Shown here: piece after piece, positions 39,440 to 49,369 of the stretch
Position numbering within the stretch: position 1 is the stretch's first letter
Layout: every line of letters starts with the position of its first letter
Assembly: GCA_964575955.1 (NCBI GenBank)
Contig: CAZNTG010000007.1
Location: 1-64,000, forward strand
Direction of reading: 5' to 3'
DNA from: an uncultured Thermoproteaceae archaeon
Lineage (GTDB): Archaea > Thermoproteota > Thermoprotei > Thermoproteales > Thermocladiaceae
DNA length: 64,000 bases
Made by a program: the position numbers and the translations under genes
The notes under the pieces: generated by a model
Databases searched by the model: none
What the model was told of the DNA's origin: nothing
The model's input: only the letters and a program-made list of their open reading frames with translations

Positions 39440-40063
39440 GTGGTGTCAGTATCAGGAGCATGTGCACCTGGTCCATTAACATTTGCTGCAATGATTGTAG
39501 GTTCTTGGTATGGTGCTAAGGGTGGTCTTAAAGTAGCTGTTGGTCATATGATATTTGAAGCACCATACGTACTACTTCTACTAATGATGTTTAATAGTGT
39601 TAAATACTTCTTTGAATTATTTATTACTAAGTTAATACTTGCAATACTTGCATGTATATTTATACTATACTTCTCATATGTTGGTTATATATCTGGTAGA
39701 GACATGGTTAAGAGTGGAGATACAGATATTACAAATCTTATAGATAAAAAATTTGTAAAATATATAACAAAGCCTATAATAGTTGGAATATTGATGACAG
39801 GTCTTAATCCATGGTTTCTCATTTGGTGGGTAACTATTGGAGGTATAATACTTGTAAAAGCATTACAATTAGGAATATTAGAAGCATTTCTATTAGTAAT
39901 ATTTGCACACGTATGGATAGACTATGCATGGCTTGGAGCCATGGCCTACCTAGCAGGAAAAGGTAAAAAGATACTAGGTAGAAAGTATGGATATGTACTA
40001 CAAGCACTATCAATAATTTTAGCAATATTCGGCATATTACTAATAGTCAAACTAGTATACTAA
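39440..40063 (+). CDS. LysE-family translocator
   Basis: SGA.APGPL, GH...E, LNP.F..WW; frame open a few codons further upstream. Confidence 0.88.
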   Translation: MVSVSGACAPGPLTFAAMIVGSWYGAKGGLKVAVGHMIFEAPYVLLLLMMFNSVKYFFELFITKLILAILACIFILYFSYVGYISGRDMVKSGDTDITNLIDKKFVKYITKPIIVGILMTGLNPWFLIWWVTIGGIILVKALQLGILEAFLLVIFAHVWIDYAWLGAMAYLAGKGKKILGRKYGYVLQALSIILAIFGILLIVKLVY

Positions 40064-40117
40064 TGATGAGTTCCCCACAGATGACCAAAACGGGATGATA
40101 AGAAGGAGGTGGGCTGA
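40063..40117 (+). ncRNA. box C/D guide sRNA complementary to the 16S rRNA 3' end
   Basis: ATGATGA-GTTCCCCACAG-ATGA-..-GATGATA-AGAAGGAGGTGGG-CTGA. Confidence 0.8.
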
Positions 40118-40348
40118 CAAAACCACAATAAACCTAATACAAAAATTCAAAATATATTAAAATAGAGTACACACTCTTTCTAAAAATTCAAGGATGCTTA
40201 ACTATATTATTGATTAATTTATTAAAAACAGTATGTATAAAGCAGATGTTAACTCTGTAAAGTGTGATACTTATACTTTGCTTCTATTTACGTAACAGGT
40301 ATTGATATACTACTTAAATAGTGCATAAGTACGTGATTTCTAGATGTT

Positions 40349-41398
40349 ATGAAGGTTGATTTGAGGGATATATATGAACGTCTTAAAGCTTTAGTAGGGT
40401 TAGATATAACTGAAAGAGTAAGCTTAAGTCCATCTAAGCTTATAGATTTTGTATATAATGCATATCTACTTCATGTAATTACTGTTGCATGTAAATTAAG
40501 AATGTTTGATATATTGGTAGAGCCACATTCTATACAGGAACTTTCTAGAAAACTTAATGTTAATCCTGACTTGCTTGACATTATATGTAAGATTTTGGTA
40601 AATATAGGCTTACTTGAAGAAGTTGATTCAAAGTATAGAAATTCCGAAATTTCGAATCTATTTCTTGTAAGTAAGTCTCCATATTCAATATTTACATACA
40701 TTCTATTTCACGTAGATGTCATGGAGTCTTATAGATCTTGGAAGAATATTATCAAAGCTCTTAAAGGTAGGTCAAGGAGAGTTAAAAAGTGGCATTTACT
40801 TGACCCTGTAGTTACATTAGAAATAACATTATCAACAGGATGTTTGCAGAAAACATTAGAGGTATTATACACAATTCCTGAGTTTAATAATTCGAGGAAA
40901 GTGTTAGATTTAGGCTGTGGTTCAGGTATTTACTCTATATTTATTGCTAAAACTTTTAAAAATGTTGAAGTATACGCTCTAGATCTACCATACGTAATTG
41001 AGAACATTACTAAAAATCTAGTTAAATTATTTGGATTAGATAGCAGGATTAGATTGATAAAAGCAGATTTCAATAAAGACTACATAGGCAGTAATTATGA
41101 CATTATACTAGATCTCAATGCTGTAAGTTTACGTAACTTGGATATATTGTACAAGATATACAATGCATTAAATAATGATGGAATTTTCATATCTAGACAC
41201 GTATTCCTCAACGATGATTGTAAAAGCCCATTAAAAGCTCTTCTAGCATGTTTATGGGAGTATGTTGAACTTGGAAATACTATGACAGTAACATTTAAGG
41301 AGGCAAGAGAGAACTTAGAAAGAGTAGGATTTAAGATTGAAAATGTCATAAATCTAGATAGTGAAGGTTCTCATAAATTAATTATATCTAGAAAATAA
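40349..41398 (+). CDS. class I SAM-dependent O-methyltransferase with N-terminal dimerisation domain
   Basis: HTH-like N-terminus (LFD.L..P.SI.EL...L..IGLL...YRNS), VLDLGCGSG, DLP, ADF. Confidence 0.88.
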   Translation: MKVDLRDIYERLKALVGLDITERVSLSPSKLIDFVYNAYLLHVITVACKLRMFDILVEPHSIQELSRKLNVNPDLLDIICKILVNIGLLEEVDSKYRNSEISNLFLVSKSPYSIFTYILFHVDVMESYRSWKNIIKALKGRSRRVKKWHLLDPVVTLEITLSTGCLQKTLEVLYTIPEFNNSRKVLDLGCGSGIYSIFIAKTFKNVEVYALDLPYVIENITKNLVKLFGLDSRIRLIKADFNKDYIGSNYDIILDLNAVSLRNLDILYKIYNALNNDGIFISRHVFLNDDCKSPLKALLACLWEYVELGNTMTVTFKEARENLERVGFKIENVINLDSEGSHKLIISRK

Positions 41399-41418
41399 TA
41401 ACATGAGTATAGCTTGAT

Positions 41419-41858
41419 CTAGCTCAGTGTAGCATTTGTTTTCCAAGGTTCAGGGTAGAACCATATACCTCTATATGGTATACCAAACCATTTTTCAAAG
41501 AACTCTTCGTGTAGTTTATCTGGATCTATGTCTTTGAAAAGTTTCGGATATAGAGCCTTTGCTAGATAGAAAGCTCCAATTATTGAACGTACATTTAAGA
41601 CAAGTTGATAGTCAACTATGAAAACGTGGCCTTCACGAACTGCCTTAATCTTTGATAGCACTGGGTCGTGTTCTATTCTTTCTAAGAACTCTCTTAACCT
41701 ATCGGTACTATTCTTCAAATATACTGTATATATTGTAGAGAAGTCTGCAATTACTATAACGTCAAGATTTTCTTTTACTAAATACTTAATAGATAGCCTT
41801 CCATATGCTGTTAAATATTTGTCTACAACATTTTTCAACTTCAATATTCCAAACCAGT
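41419..41858 (-). pseudogene. C-terminal remnant of an iron/cobalamin ABC substrate-binding protein
   Basis: IKAVREGHVF, GAFYLAKALYPKLFKDIDP...HEEF..KWFG; N-terminal part missing, cut at the compositional shift into the Cmr cassette. Confidence 0.75.
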
Positions 41859-41995
41859 AATTCCAGAACGCCCCTAGCGGCTATCATGAGCGCGATAGTT
41901 AGAAGTGATATACTCGGTTTTTACAGCAGCAGGTGCATACAAGAACTGTCATGGTCTCAACGACGAGTGAACGTTTATTCAAGATATATTGACTA

Positions 41996-43702
41996 CTAAG
42001 CTTGATCTCGAAACAGAGTTTCTAGTATTCTCTCTGCCGAACTTAGGCAAAGTAGCGTTTCACTCAGTTTTTCTCCGTACAATGCTATATAGCCAGTATC
42101 ATAGGCTAGGCCAGCATGTGCGTAAAAGTTTCTGCAATCAGTATCTTTTTCTACACTTGTTATTAAAGCTCGTATTTCGTCCTTCTCTAATTCTATAAAC
42201 CAGGCATTTTCCGTTTTTGGCTCTACATAGACTTTGATGCTTCCATTCTTCACTATAAGCTTCTTCCACCCAAATTTCTCCTTGCCTCTTAGGTATCTTC
42301 TTATCTTCTTAAGCTCACACAAATTGATAGAGTATTGTGGGTCCTCATATAGTTCAACGTATTCTATAAGCTTATCGAGTGATATGCACAGAGCTGAATT
42401 AATCATTTGCTTCCAATTCTCAATCACTCCAATAAGCGGATCTACTTTTTCGCGATAGTTGTTTAGTTTCTGTAGAATATAGTCCAATATGTTGCTTACG
42501 GAATTTACATCGCGATGTATTTTGTTAAGTAACAACCTTAGAGTTTCTAAGACTAGAGACGCAATCACCACGATTATATGTGGAGTTTTTTCACCCCATC
42601 TATACGTTACTTTGAGGCTCTTATATGGAATCGTCCTTTCTTTTTTAAACTCCAGATATACATCTTTAGCACCATCAACTATATGATCTAGATGTGGTAC
42701 ATGATCTATGTCACTAGATAGTCTCAACGCCCAGACTAGTGCTCCACGTATGAATAGAAGTAACGTTTCAAGTATTTTCCTCCACTTAGACTTATCGATC
42801 TCCTTCCAAAATACATACATTTTTCCGGAGAGATTATTAAGACCTTCAACTTTAACTGAATTTTCAATTATAGAAAATAGTTGGTAAAGACTTATGCGGT
42901 TATTTTTAACTACAGAAATCTTACGTAAGAGGTGTAGCTTGAGCAATGGTTCCTCTGATTCTTTTGCCAGTGGGTCAGAGTTGTAGTGATATATTACTAG
43001 GTCTTCAAGACGGTTATTGATCGCTAGCCTATATAGAGCATAGATTAATGATGCTAGTACGACTCCTTGCGAAAATGCTGTGACGAGATAATTTATACCG
43101 TGCGTAGTGTCCATTAATATTGCTATTCTCCTAGCATCGTTAGACTCCTCAACGAACTTCTTATATATCCCTGCAACAATTATACCGCTGATGACGTCAT
43201 ATATGTGCTCTCCACGCCATGTTAACACGTCAGCACCTTTAGCAGTAGAAATTACGCCCGGAACAAAGACAACGAACTTCTTATACTCTTCATAGTCCTT
43301 CATCTCAAGTTCTTTGGCTAGCTCTTCTTTGGCATAGTATAGTTCCTTATAAAGACTATTAAGGATATCACGACGCTTAATATTTTGACTTTTCTCGAAA
43401 AACTCCGGATTTTCCAGTAATCTACTTAGTAGTATTGTATCTTGAGAAAACGCTAAGAGTCCCGGTTTAATGCCTACTTCCTTATGTAGGAAGTACTTGA
43501 GGGCCAATGTTGAGGATATGAATTTTCTGTTCAGAGGTACGGTACATTTTCCAAGTCCATTAGCTTCAAATTTCTCAAGCTCTATTAGATATTCTGCATG
43601 TTTCCACTCTTCAGGGTTTCCCCACGTAGCTGTCAGTAGTATGTAGTCGAAATACTCAAGAGCGTATCCCTTGGTTTTGCTAGAGATCGTCAGCGACATC
43701 AC
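41996..43702 (-). CDS. csx1: CARF-HEPN cyclic-oligoadenylate-activated RNase Csx1
   Basis: ATWGNP..W....Y, DTTHGINY (DxTHG), YNSDP, HEPN RNFYAHAG. Confidence 0.9.
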   Translation of the reverse strand: MMSLTISSKTKGYALEYFDYILLTATWGNPEEWKHAEYLIELEKFEANGLGKCTVPLNRKFISSTLALKYFLHKEVGIKPGLLAFSQDTILLSRLLENPEFFEKSQNIKRRDILNSLYKELYYAKEELAKELEMKDYEEYKKFVVFVPGVISTAKGADVLTWRGEHIYDVISGIIVAGIYKKFVEESNDARRIAILMDTTHGINYLVTAFSQGVVLASLIYALYRLAINNRLEDLVIYHYNSDPLAKESEEPLLKLHLLRKISVVKNNRISLYQLFSIIENSVKVEGLNNLSGKMYVFWKEIDKSKWRKILETLLLFIRGALVWALRLSSDIDHVPHLDHIVDGAKDVYLEFKKERTIPYKSLKVTYRWGEKTPHIIVVIASLVLETLRLLLNKIHRDVNSVSNILDYILQKLNNYREKVDPLIGVIENWKQMINSALCISLDKLIEYVELYEDPQYSINLCELKKIRRYLRGKEKFGWKKLIVKNGSIKVYVEPKTENAWFIELEKDEIRALITSVEKDTDCRNFYAHAGLAYDTGYIALYGEKLSETLLCLSSAERILETLFRDQA

Positions 43703-44806
43703 CTATTGGTATAAAACTTCCAAATCCTACCATACTCAAGATTTTGTGTTCATAACTCTTGTTAGTCAGCTCAAGGAGCTCGTATAAGCCTTTGTTTTGT
43801 TTGTCGAGTTTTACTTCTTTGTCTAATTTTACGATTGAGCCTTCTAGGATTGCTGGACAAAGAGGTTTCCTCTTTTGAGCAGCCAAACTGAAACCAAGGC
43901 CGATTGTTGATAATGCACCTATATACTTGAGGTCGAAGTTCCATGCATTTACTATGGGTAGTGGTGATAGTAGAAGTGCGTAGACGAAACTTTTAGTCAT
44001 ATATCGTTCTAAGAGGATATCGATATCATCTCTAGCGTTACTATATACCTTCAATTCTATAACCCTCTGCTCACCGCCGAACTTAACTATGGAGACCTCA
44101 CCTATATTCTTTAAAAAGTCCTCTCCGTACTGTGTATTCTCAAAGAATACCTTGAATCTAATCTCTGTGTCTACTGGATAGGCTACATACCGTGCTACAT
44201 AAATGAAACTCTCTCTGCTTGTTTTGCGAGGAGTTTTACTCCTTGTCTCTAGCCCTATGCCAAGTCTCTCCAAACTACTGCGAAGACTCCTCTCTTTATG
44301 CACTAATTCGTACCTCTTCAAATCATGTTCTTCAATTTTGTACAAAATCTCAACTAATTCATCTAGCTTTGTTAGGTCAAAATCTTTACTGTCCTCATAA
44401 AAAATGTCAAAGAGTTCGTAAATAATGATCTTATTATGAGACAGCATGTATAGTAACTGACGTAGATTAACAACGTAAATCTTCTTTCCGAGTCTGAATG
44501 GAACATAAGTCTCTCCATGACATACAATATAAGGTCCTCTTACGGCCTCTACACCTACTCTCCTAAAATATTGTTCGTATTCTCTTAATATGTCAGTCCA
44601 AGAGATCATTCTCTGACTTTTTTTTTCCAACTCTGTTCGTAATGTTCGGAGATAAGGCTACATAGTAAACCTGCGAAGGTACTTGGCCTAGGCAGTAGTA
44701 ACGAGGACGCATATGCAAACACACCACGTGAACTAGGATCAAACTCTCCTGATGAACGAAGCATTAGAGGTTCCAGAGGCTTTAATCCTATGGTGACTGT
44801 GTACAT
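43680..44806 (-). pseudogene. cmr3: Cmr3 (Cas5-group RAMP) split by a frameshift at an A9 run
   Basis: N-part LKPLEPLMLR..GEF...LPRPSTFAG (44606..44806) and C-part ERLGIGL...K, FGGEQR, LLSP, GFGS (43680..44630) overlap at TGG-AAAAAAAAA-GTC (T9 at 44618-44626). Confidence 0.88.
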
Positions 44807-47800
44807 TATCTCATTCCTGAGTGAACTAACTTTGCAGCTTTAATAATGTTTACGATAAGTGGGGACAGTTCGTCCTTCTTGCTGATCGAAGCTATCCCTA
44901 GCACATCCTGTAATAAGGCGTCGTAGAGCTTCCCTAAGTCTACATAGCCTCTACTAACGACTTCCCGTATGATGTCGTCCTTAGTAAAGAAGAGATGTAG
45001 AAACACGATTCTGAATACAGTCTTGGCATCATTTTCTGATCGGACATTCTTCCTCACAACATTATAGCAGAGCCTACATGTGGACAAAATAACGTCCAGG
45101 AAGTTCTTACGTTCAATGCAATGGAGTACTTTTTCTAAGGCTTTTTCGATATATGTGAAGTCGTAGAATATGTTATGACTAACTATCTTAGCTCTCTTTC
45201 CTTCTCCATCTTCATTAGGAAATCTCTCATCGCTAAGCTTCAACATTTTCCTTATATTAAGCACTAGCTTAGCGATATCCTCCAGATCGTCGACCGAATT
45301 ATCTACTATTGGTCTTTTCCAAGTCAACGGTATAACTGTTAGTTCCTCTCCTCCTCTTGGACTGTATGCGAGGACGAGCATATCCTTCTTCGAGCTCTTC
45401 TTGTTAAGTGATTTATCGTAAAACGTGAGGATAAACTCATCCTTAACATCGTCAAGTAACTTAGCTGATCTTTCTAAGATTACCGAAAGCGGGTAGTGAT
45501 AGTGGGCAATGTATATACAGTAACTCCTGCCAGCGCTCGGAAGCATGGGTAAGTATGCTTCATTCAACTTCAGGAAGCCTTTCTCAAGGATAAATCCTCC
45601 TGTAAGATCCTGAGGTAATGAGACACCGCTGAATGCTCTCCTTGTCATATAGACTACATCGAGAACTTTGTCAATAGGTACAAATGCGAGTAAATCGTCG
45701 CCACCAGCATAGATCACAAGTCCGTCAAGTTCGTTGATTATGGCAATGTCTAGCAGTGCGGCTCTCATTAGTGCCGAGCTTATAGCAACATGGTAAGTTG
45801 GTGTTACAATAAGTCTGAGTTCCTGCTCTAGGAGGTTCCCGAGGGTGCTGTAGACCTTATTAATGCGTTTTTTGGCGTCTTCTTTAGCTTGCTCTTCGTT
45901 TTGGACCGCATGTTTCTGTATAGCACTGGTCAGGCGACTGATCCAGTGGCTAAGAATACCTTTGTCTTCCCCATCTAGCTTAACCTCAATACATGAAGAT
46001 ATGAATTTTCTAAGATCACCCTCACAGGAGTTTCTGAAGTATCGTATCAGAAATTCGCGTGCCTTCCTTAATTCATCGCGGCTCGTTAACTCTCTCCTCT
46101 TAAGCTTAAAGTAAAAGTTTGTATCTATGATTCCGGATAAGAAAGCTGTTAGCATACCTTCAAGTAGATCACTCATGGAGTCAGCATCGGCTCTGACGAC
46201 CGCGTAGTACCTCCAACACCACTTAAGCAAGCTAAGCTGCCCAAATAATTCATTCCACGCCTTACGTCTTTCACTACGGAACCACATTTCTTCCGGTTCT
46301 AAGGACATAACAGTGTATAATATTGCCTCATTTCCTTCCTCATATTGAGATAGTTCACGAGCTTTATCACGAGTCTTTTCAGCCAACCTGTGTTCAAAGA
46401 GCCATACTGGAGTCGGTGCAAGCATTAACCTTAATCTGAATGGTATATGCTTACCAAGTGAAATCTGTCTGACCCACTTGTCAGGCTTTTCTACAAGCTT
46501 CTCTTTTAATCTTGCTGATGCAACATCTGATGTTGAGGGGAATCTTATTCTCTCCTTAGCATCTCTAACTAGTCCGTTTACAAATGTGTCAACGTTATCT
46601 TTTCTAAGTTCTAGTCCTCTTATCAGTGCGTCCAGAAATCTTGGCTCAAGACTTATTACTCTCTTCAGGAAACACCATGGACATAGTTTCTCTCCAGGCG
46701 AAAAGACTATTTTTAATTTCGATAGCGCCTCTATAATCTTGGATCTTTCATCCGTTCTCCACCACTTTTGTATGAACTCTTCCAGTGCTTTATGTCTGTC
46801 TTGTGTGTTCTTGAGTAGCTTAACTATTTCGCTAGGTTTTTGGCCTCTCTCAACTGCATAGTATATGTATATGCCAAATTCGTCTTCTGCCGGATCCTCC
46901 TCACTTTCACGAGATGGTAGGATTATTATCGCAGGTAACTTTCCGCAACATGTGCAGTAATCAAAACCTTTCTCCGAGAGTTTTGGAAAGCCTAGACCGG
47001 TATGACTATCAAAAGCATGTAGAGTCAGTTCACGTAAATTTAACTCTATCGCTGGATCTCTATGCCTGCACTTCCACAAGGCAATTCTGCGTGAAAGTTC
47101 CCTATACTTTTTATCGTAAAGTCTCCACACTTCATCAGTAGTAACTTTCTCATTAATTATAACTACTTCACACTTTAAGGCGAGCGGAGGCTTACTAGCG
47201 AAGGATGCACTGGTAAATGTCTCATTATAGTACTCGAATGCTTTTCTTATAAATTTCCATACAATGTCATCCTCTTTTCCCTCACTTGAGCATGAATACT
47301 TCTCAGCAATTTTCCACAATATACTCCATCCTTCTGCGAATCTTTTTCTAAAATATTCCTTCAAGTCCTCTATATCACTGAGAGACTTGCTTACGTACTT
47401 GCTTAGCACATCTAGAGGTGGCAATATCAATGTTGTACGGCCCGGTATAATCGCGTACGGAGGTATCCCCAAAGATTGATACATTTGGTACAGGGAGTCT
47501 GTCAGATAAACTGATCTTTTGAGGAGCTTTTCTAGCTCTCTCCATACGTCTGCTGAACCGTTTTCTACTAGCCTCTGTCTAAGCCAGTGTGCATAGAATG
47601 GGTTTAACCTCATGCTTGGCGTTAAGACTACATCAGGTCCTAGCTTCTCAACAAGTTCTATAATTGTGAACCATATTAAAGCTGAGACCACGTAACTTGA
47701 AGTCCATGAATCTCGCAACTTGCGGCTAGAGGCTATGTACTCTTGTGTACTAGCAACGTCTAGGCCTACAAGAAGACCCCTTATTTCTCCAGGATTACTG

Positions 47801-48318
47801 AAGGTCCAGTTAATCATTGCGGCGGTAGCATAGTCATGATCAAAGACGCTATGTGTTGGAGTCCTTGTATCAGCAGGACCTAGCGGTAAGCCTTTGTGAA
47901 GCCACAGAAGCTCATAGAGAAAGTAGAACACGTGATACTTGATATTATCAGGCGTACGAGCAATATAATCTCTCAGCGATTGCACATATTCGTTAACCTT
48001 ATCTTCGTCGATCTTTGCAGGCAGTTCAATTTCGCATGTAGGTTCAAGAATATTCTTCAGCTTCTTCTTTTCTTCCTTAAAGAGACCAGGTATGTACCTT
48101 TCTCCTTCGATAATGCTTAGTAAGTATCTGTCGAAACTAGACGCAACCTTATCTGCACTCTTAACTCTGGGATCTTGCAATTTTTCACTAATTTCTTCAC
48201 CGAAGACTATCCTTGCAATTTCTCTGGCTTTTTCTTCATGTTCTCCTAAGACCCAAGGCTTATGTGGAGGGTCATGGAGAAGTGCAGCAATTTTAAGTTT
48301 GATAAACTCACCTAGCAT
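44806..48318 (-). CDS. cas10: type III-B large subunit Cas10/Cmr2
   Basis: N-terminal ALLHDPP.K (HD), PADTR.P.HS..DH, SRKLRD.W.SS, CxxC...CPWC, ADADSM, YAGGDD palm. Confidence 0.96.
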   Translation of the reverse strand: MLGEFIKLKIAALLHDPPHKPWVLGEHEEKAREIARIVFGEEISEKLQDPRVKSADKVASSFDRYLLSIIEGERYIPGLFKEEKKKLKNILEPTCEIELPAKIDEDKVNEYVQSLRDYIARTPDNIKYHVFYFLYELLWLHKGLPLGPADTRTPTHSVFDHDYATAAMINWTFSNPGEIRGLLVGLDVASTQEYIASSRKLRDSWTSSYVVSALIWFTIIELVEKLGPDVVLTPSMRLNPFYAHWLRQRLVENGSADVWRELEKLLKRSVYLTDSLYQMYQSLGIPPYAIIPGRTTLILPPLDVLSKYVSKSLSDIEDLKEYFRKRFAEGWSILWKIAEKYSCSSEGKEDDIVWKFIRKAFEYYNETFTSASFASKPPLALKCEVVIINEKVTTDEVWRLYDKKYRELSRRIALWKCRHRDPAIELNLRELTLHAFDSHTGLGFPKLSEKGFDYCTCCGKLPAIIILPSRESEEDPAEDEFGIYIYYAVERGQKPSEIVKLLKNTQDRHKALEEFIQKWWRTDERSKIIEALSKLKIVFSPGEKLCPWCFLKRVISLEPRFLDALIRGLELRKDNVDTFVNGLVRDAKERIRFPSTSDVASARLKEKLVEKPDKWVRQISLGKHIPFRLRLMLAPTPVWLFEHRLAEKTRDKARELSQYEEGNEAILYTVMSLEPEEMWFRSERRKAWNELFGQLSLLKWCWRYYAVVRADADSMSDLLEGMLTAFLSGIIDTNFYFKLKRRELTSRDELRKAREFLIRYFRNSCEGDLRKFISSCIEVKLDGEDKGILSHWISRLTSAIQKHAVQNEEQAKEDAKKRINKVYSTLGNLLEQELRLIVTPTYHVAISSALMRAALLDIAIINELDGLVIYAGGDDLLAFVPIDKVLDVVYMTRRAFSGVSLPQDLTGGFILEKGFLKLNEAYLPMLPSAGRSYCIYIAHYHYPLSVILERSAKLLDDVKDEFILTFYDKSLNKKSSKKDMLVLAYSPRGGEELTVIPLTWKRPIVDNSVDDLEDIAKLVLNIRKMLKLSDERFPNEDGEGKRAKIVSHNIFYDFTYIEKALEKVLHCIERKNFLDVILSTCRLCYNVVRKNVRSENDAKTVFRIVFLHLFFTKDDIIREVVSRGYVDLGKLYDALLQDVLGIASISKKDELSPLIVNIIKAAKLVHSGMR

Positions 48319-48322
48319 GCTC

Positions 48323-49369
48323 TCACTTCTTCTCGGTTAGTCTAAGGGACTTATATTCTACGATCGTAAACCTTGAATATCCAACTGAGGTTTTAGCACC
48401 AATACCTCTAGCAAAAGCATGAAGGATAGCACGGTCTACATAGGGTATAATATTTGCACTAGGTTTATTGCATCTTTGAAGGGCTTCACTTAAGTCTAGG
48501 ACAAGTTCGTCATGGTATAGTGCCCTGTCAAGAGCTTCAGCGGCTTTTATTACTTCTGATTTCGCTAAATCCTGATATCTCACCGTTCCGAGTCTTCTTA
48601 GTCTTCTCTTCTTGTGTAGTTCTCTCATCTTTTGCGAGAAAACGTACTTTAATCCATATGTCTCCTTGTTGAAATATACGTAGAATTGGAACTCCACGCC
48701 TGGAGCGATTGTGAGAAAAAGCACAGGATTTGGCTTAACGTCAAGCTCTGTCTTAGCGCAAGGATAGTGTGGTGTTAGTACGTCAGGCTCAAATAACCTA
48801 CCACCCTCGCCAGATTTAACAGGATAAGCATCTGTCACACCAACAAGCCCTGATAGACCCTCTTTACCAAAGATTATGTCGGCGATTTCTTTGGCCTGGC
48901 TGTTATCAGTAATTTCGCGTCGTATAAGTTCTTCCAAAGCTTGCCTAAACGCACCTTTTAATGTAGAGCCGGGTATAAAGGGAACATTGAGTACAGGATC
49001 GAAAAATAGACCTACTTCAAAGGGTACTTGTGCGAAGGACTCACTTGTACCAACTATAACCCTACTGATGGCCTTGACCTTACAGACTTTGACGTAATAT
49101 CCGTTCGCTAGAAGAGCTTCTTCGACCTCTTTTAAGTTGCGTTTCACATAATCACTAGCTTCGATCTTAAAGTTTCTACAAACTTCTTCGAGTAGACGTC
49201 TCTTATCGTCGTTAATATTATAGCCTTTAGCCTTTTTACACATGATATAAGTTCCCCTAAGTGTAACGTAAGACAAGAGATTATACGAGACTAGATTAAC
49301 ACCTCTGGTCTGATTTAGTAGTTCTAACAGCCTGTGGAACATTGCATCTACCTTCTCGAAATGTTTCAT
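48323..49369 (-). CDS. cmr6: Cmr6 RAMP
   Basis: EVGLFFDP..NVPFIPGSTLKG, DAYP, DVLTPHY, PNP, GIGAKTSVGY. Confidence 0.94.
   Translation of the reverse strand: MKHFEKVDAMFHRLLELLNQTRGVNLVSYNLLSYVTLRGTYIMCKKAKGYNINDDKRRLLEEVCRNFKIEASDYVKRNLKEVEEALLANGYYVKVCKVKAISRVIVGTSESFAQVPFEVGLFFDPVLNVPFIPGSTLKGAFRQALEELIRREITDNSQAKEIADIIFGKEGLSGLVGVTDAYPVKSGEGGRLFEPDVLTPHYPCAKTELDVKPNPVLFLTIAPGVEFQFYVYFNKETYGLKYVFSQKMRELHKKRRLRRLGTVRYQDLAKSEVIKAAEALDRALYHDELVLDLSEALQRCNKPSANIIPYVDRAILHAFARGIGAKTSVGYSRFTIVEYKSLRLTEKK

Noticed and set aside
39405-39440. ATG at 39405 one base out of frame with lysE, possible frameshift
   Set aside because: In-frame CTG/GTG starts exist; cannot distinguish from an alternative start or a sequencing indel
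41860-41995. Possible CRISPR repeat or mini-array downstream of csx1
   Set aside because: No repeated 24-37 bp unit visible
40349-48318. SAM-AMP-type type III signalling suggested by the neighbouring SAM methyltransferase
   Set aside because: Effector is a conventional CARF-HEPN Csx1; no CorA, NrN or SAM lyase seen; the methyltransferase is outside the GC-richer cassette and on the opposite strand
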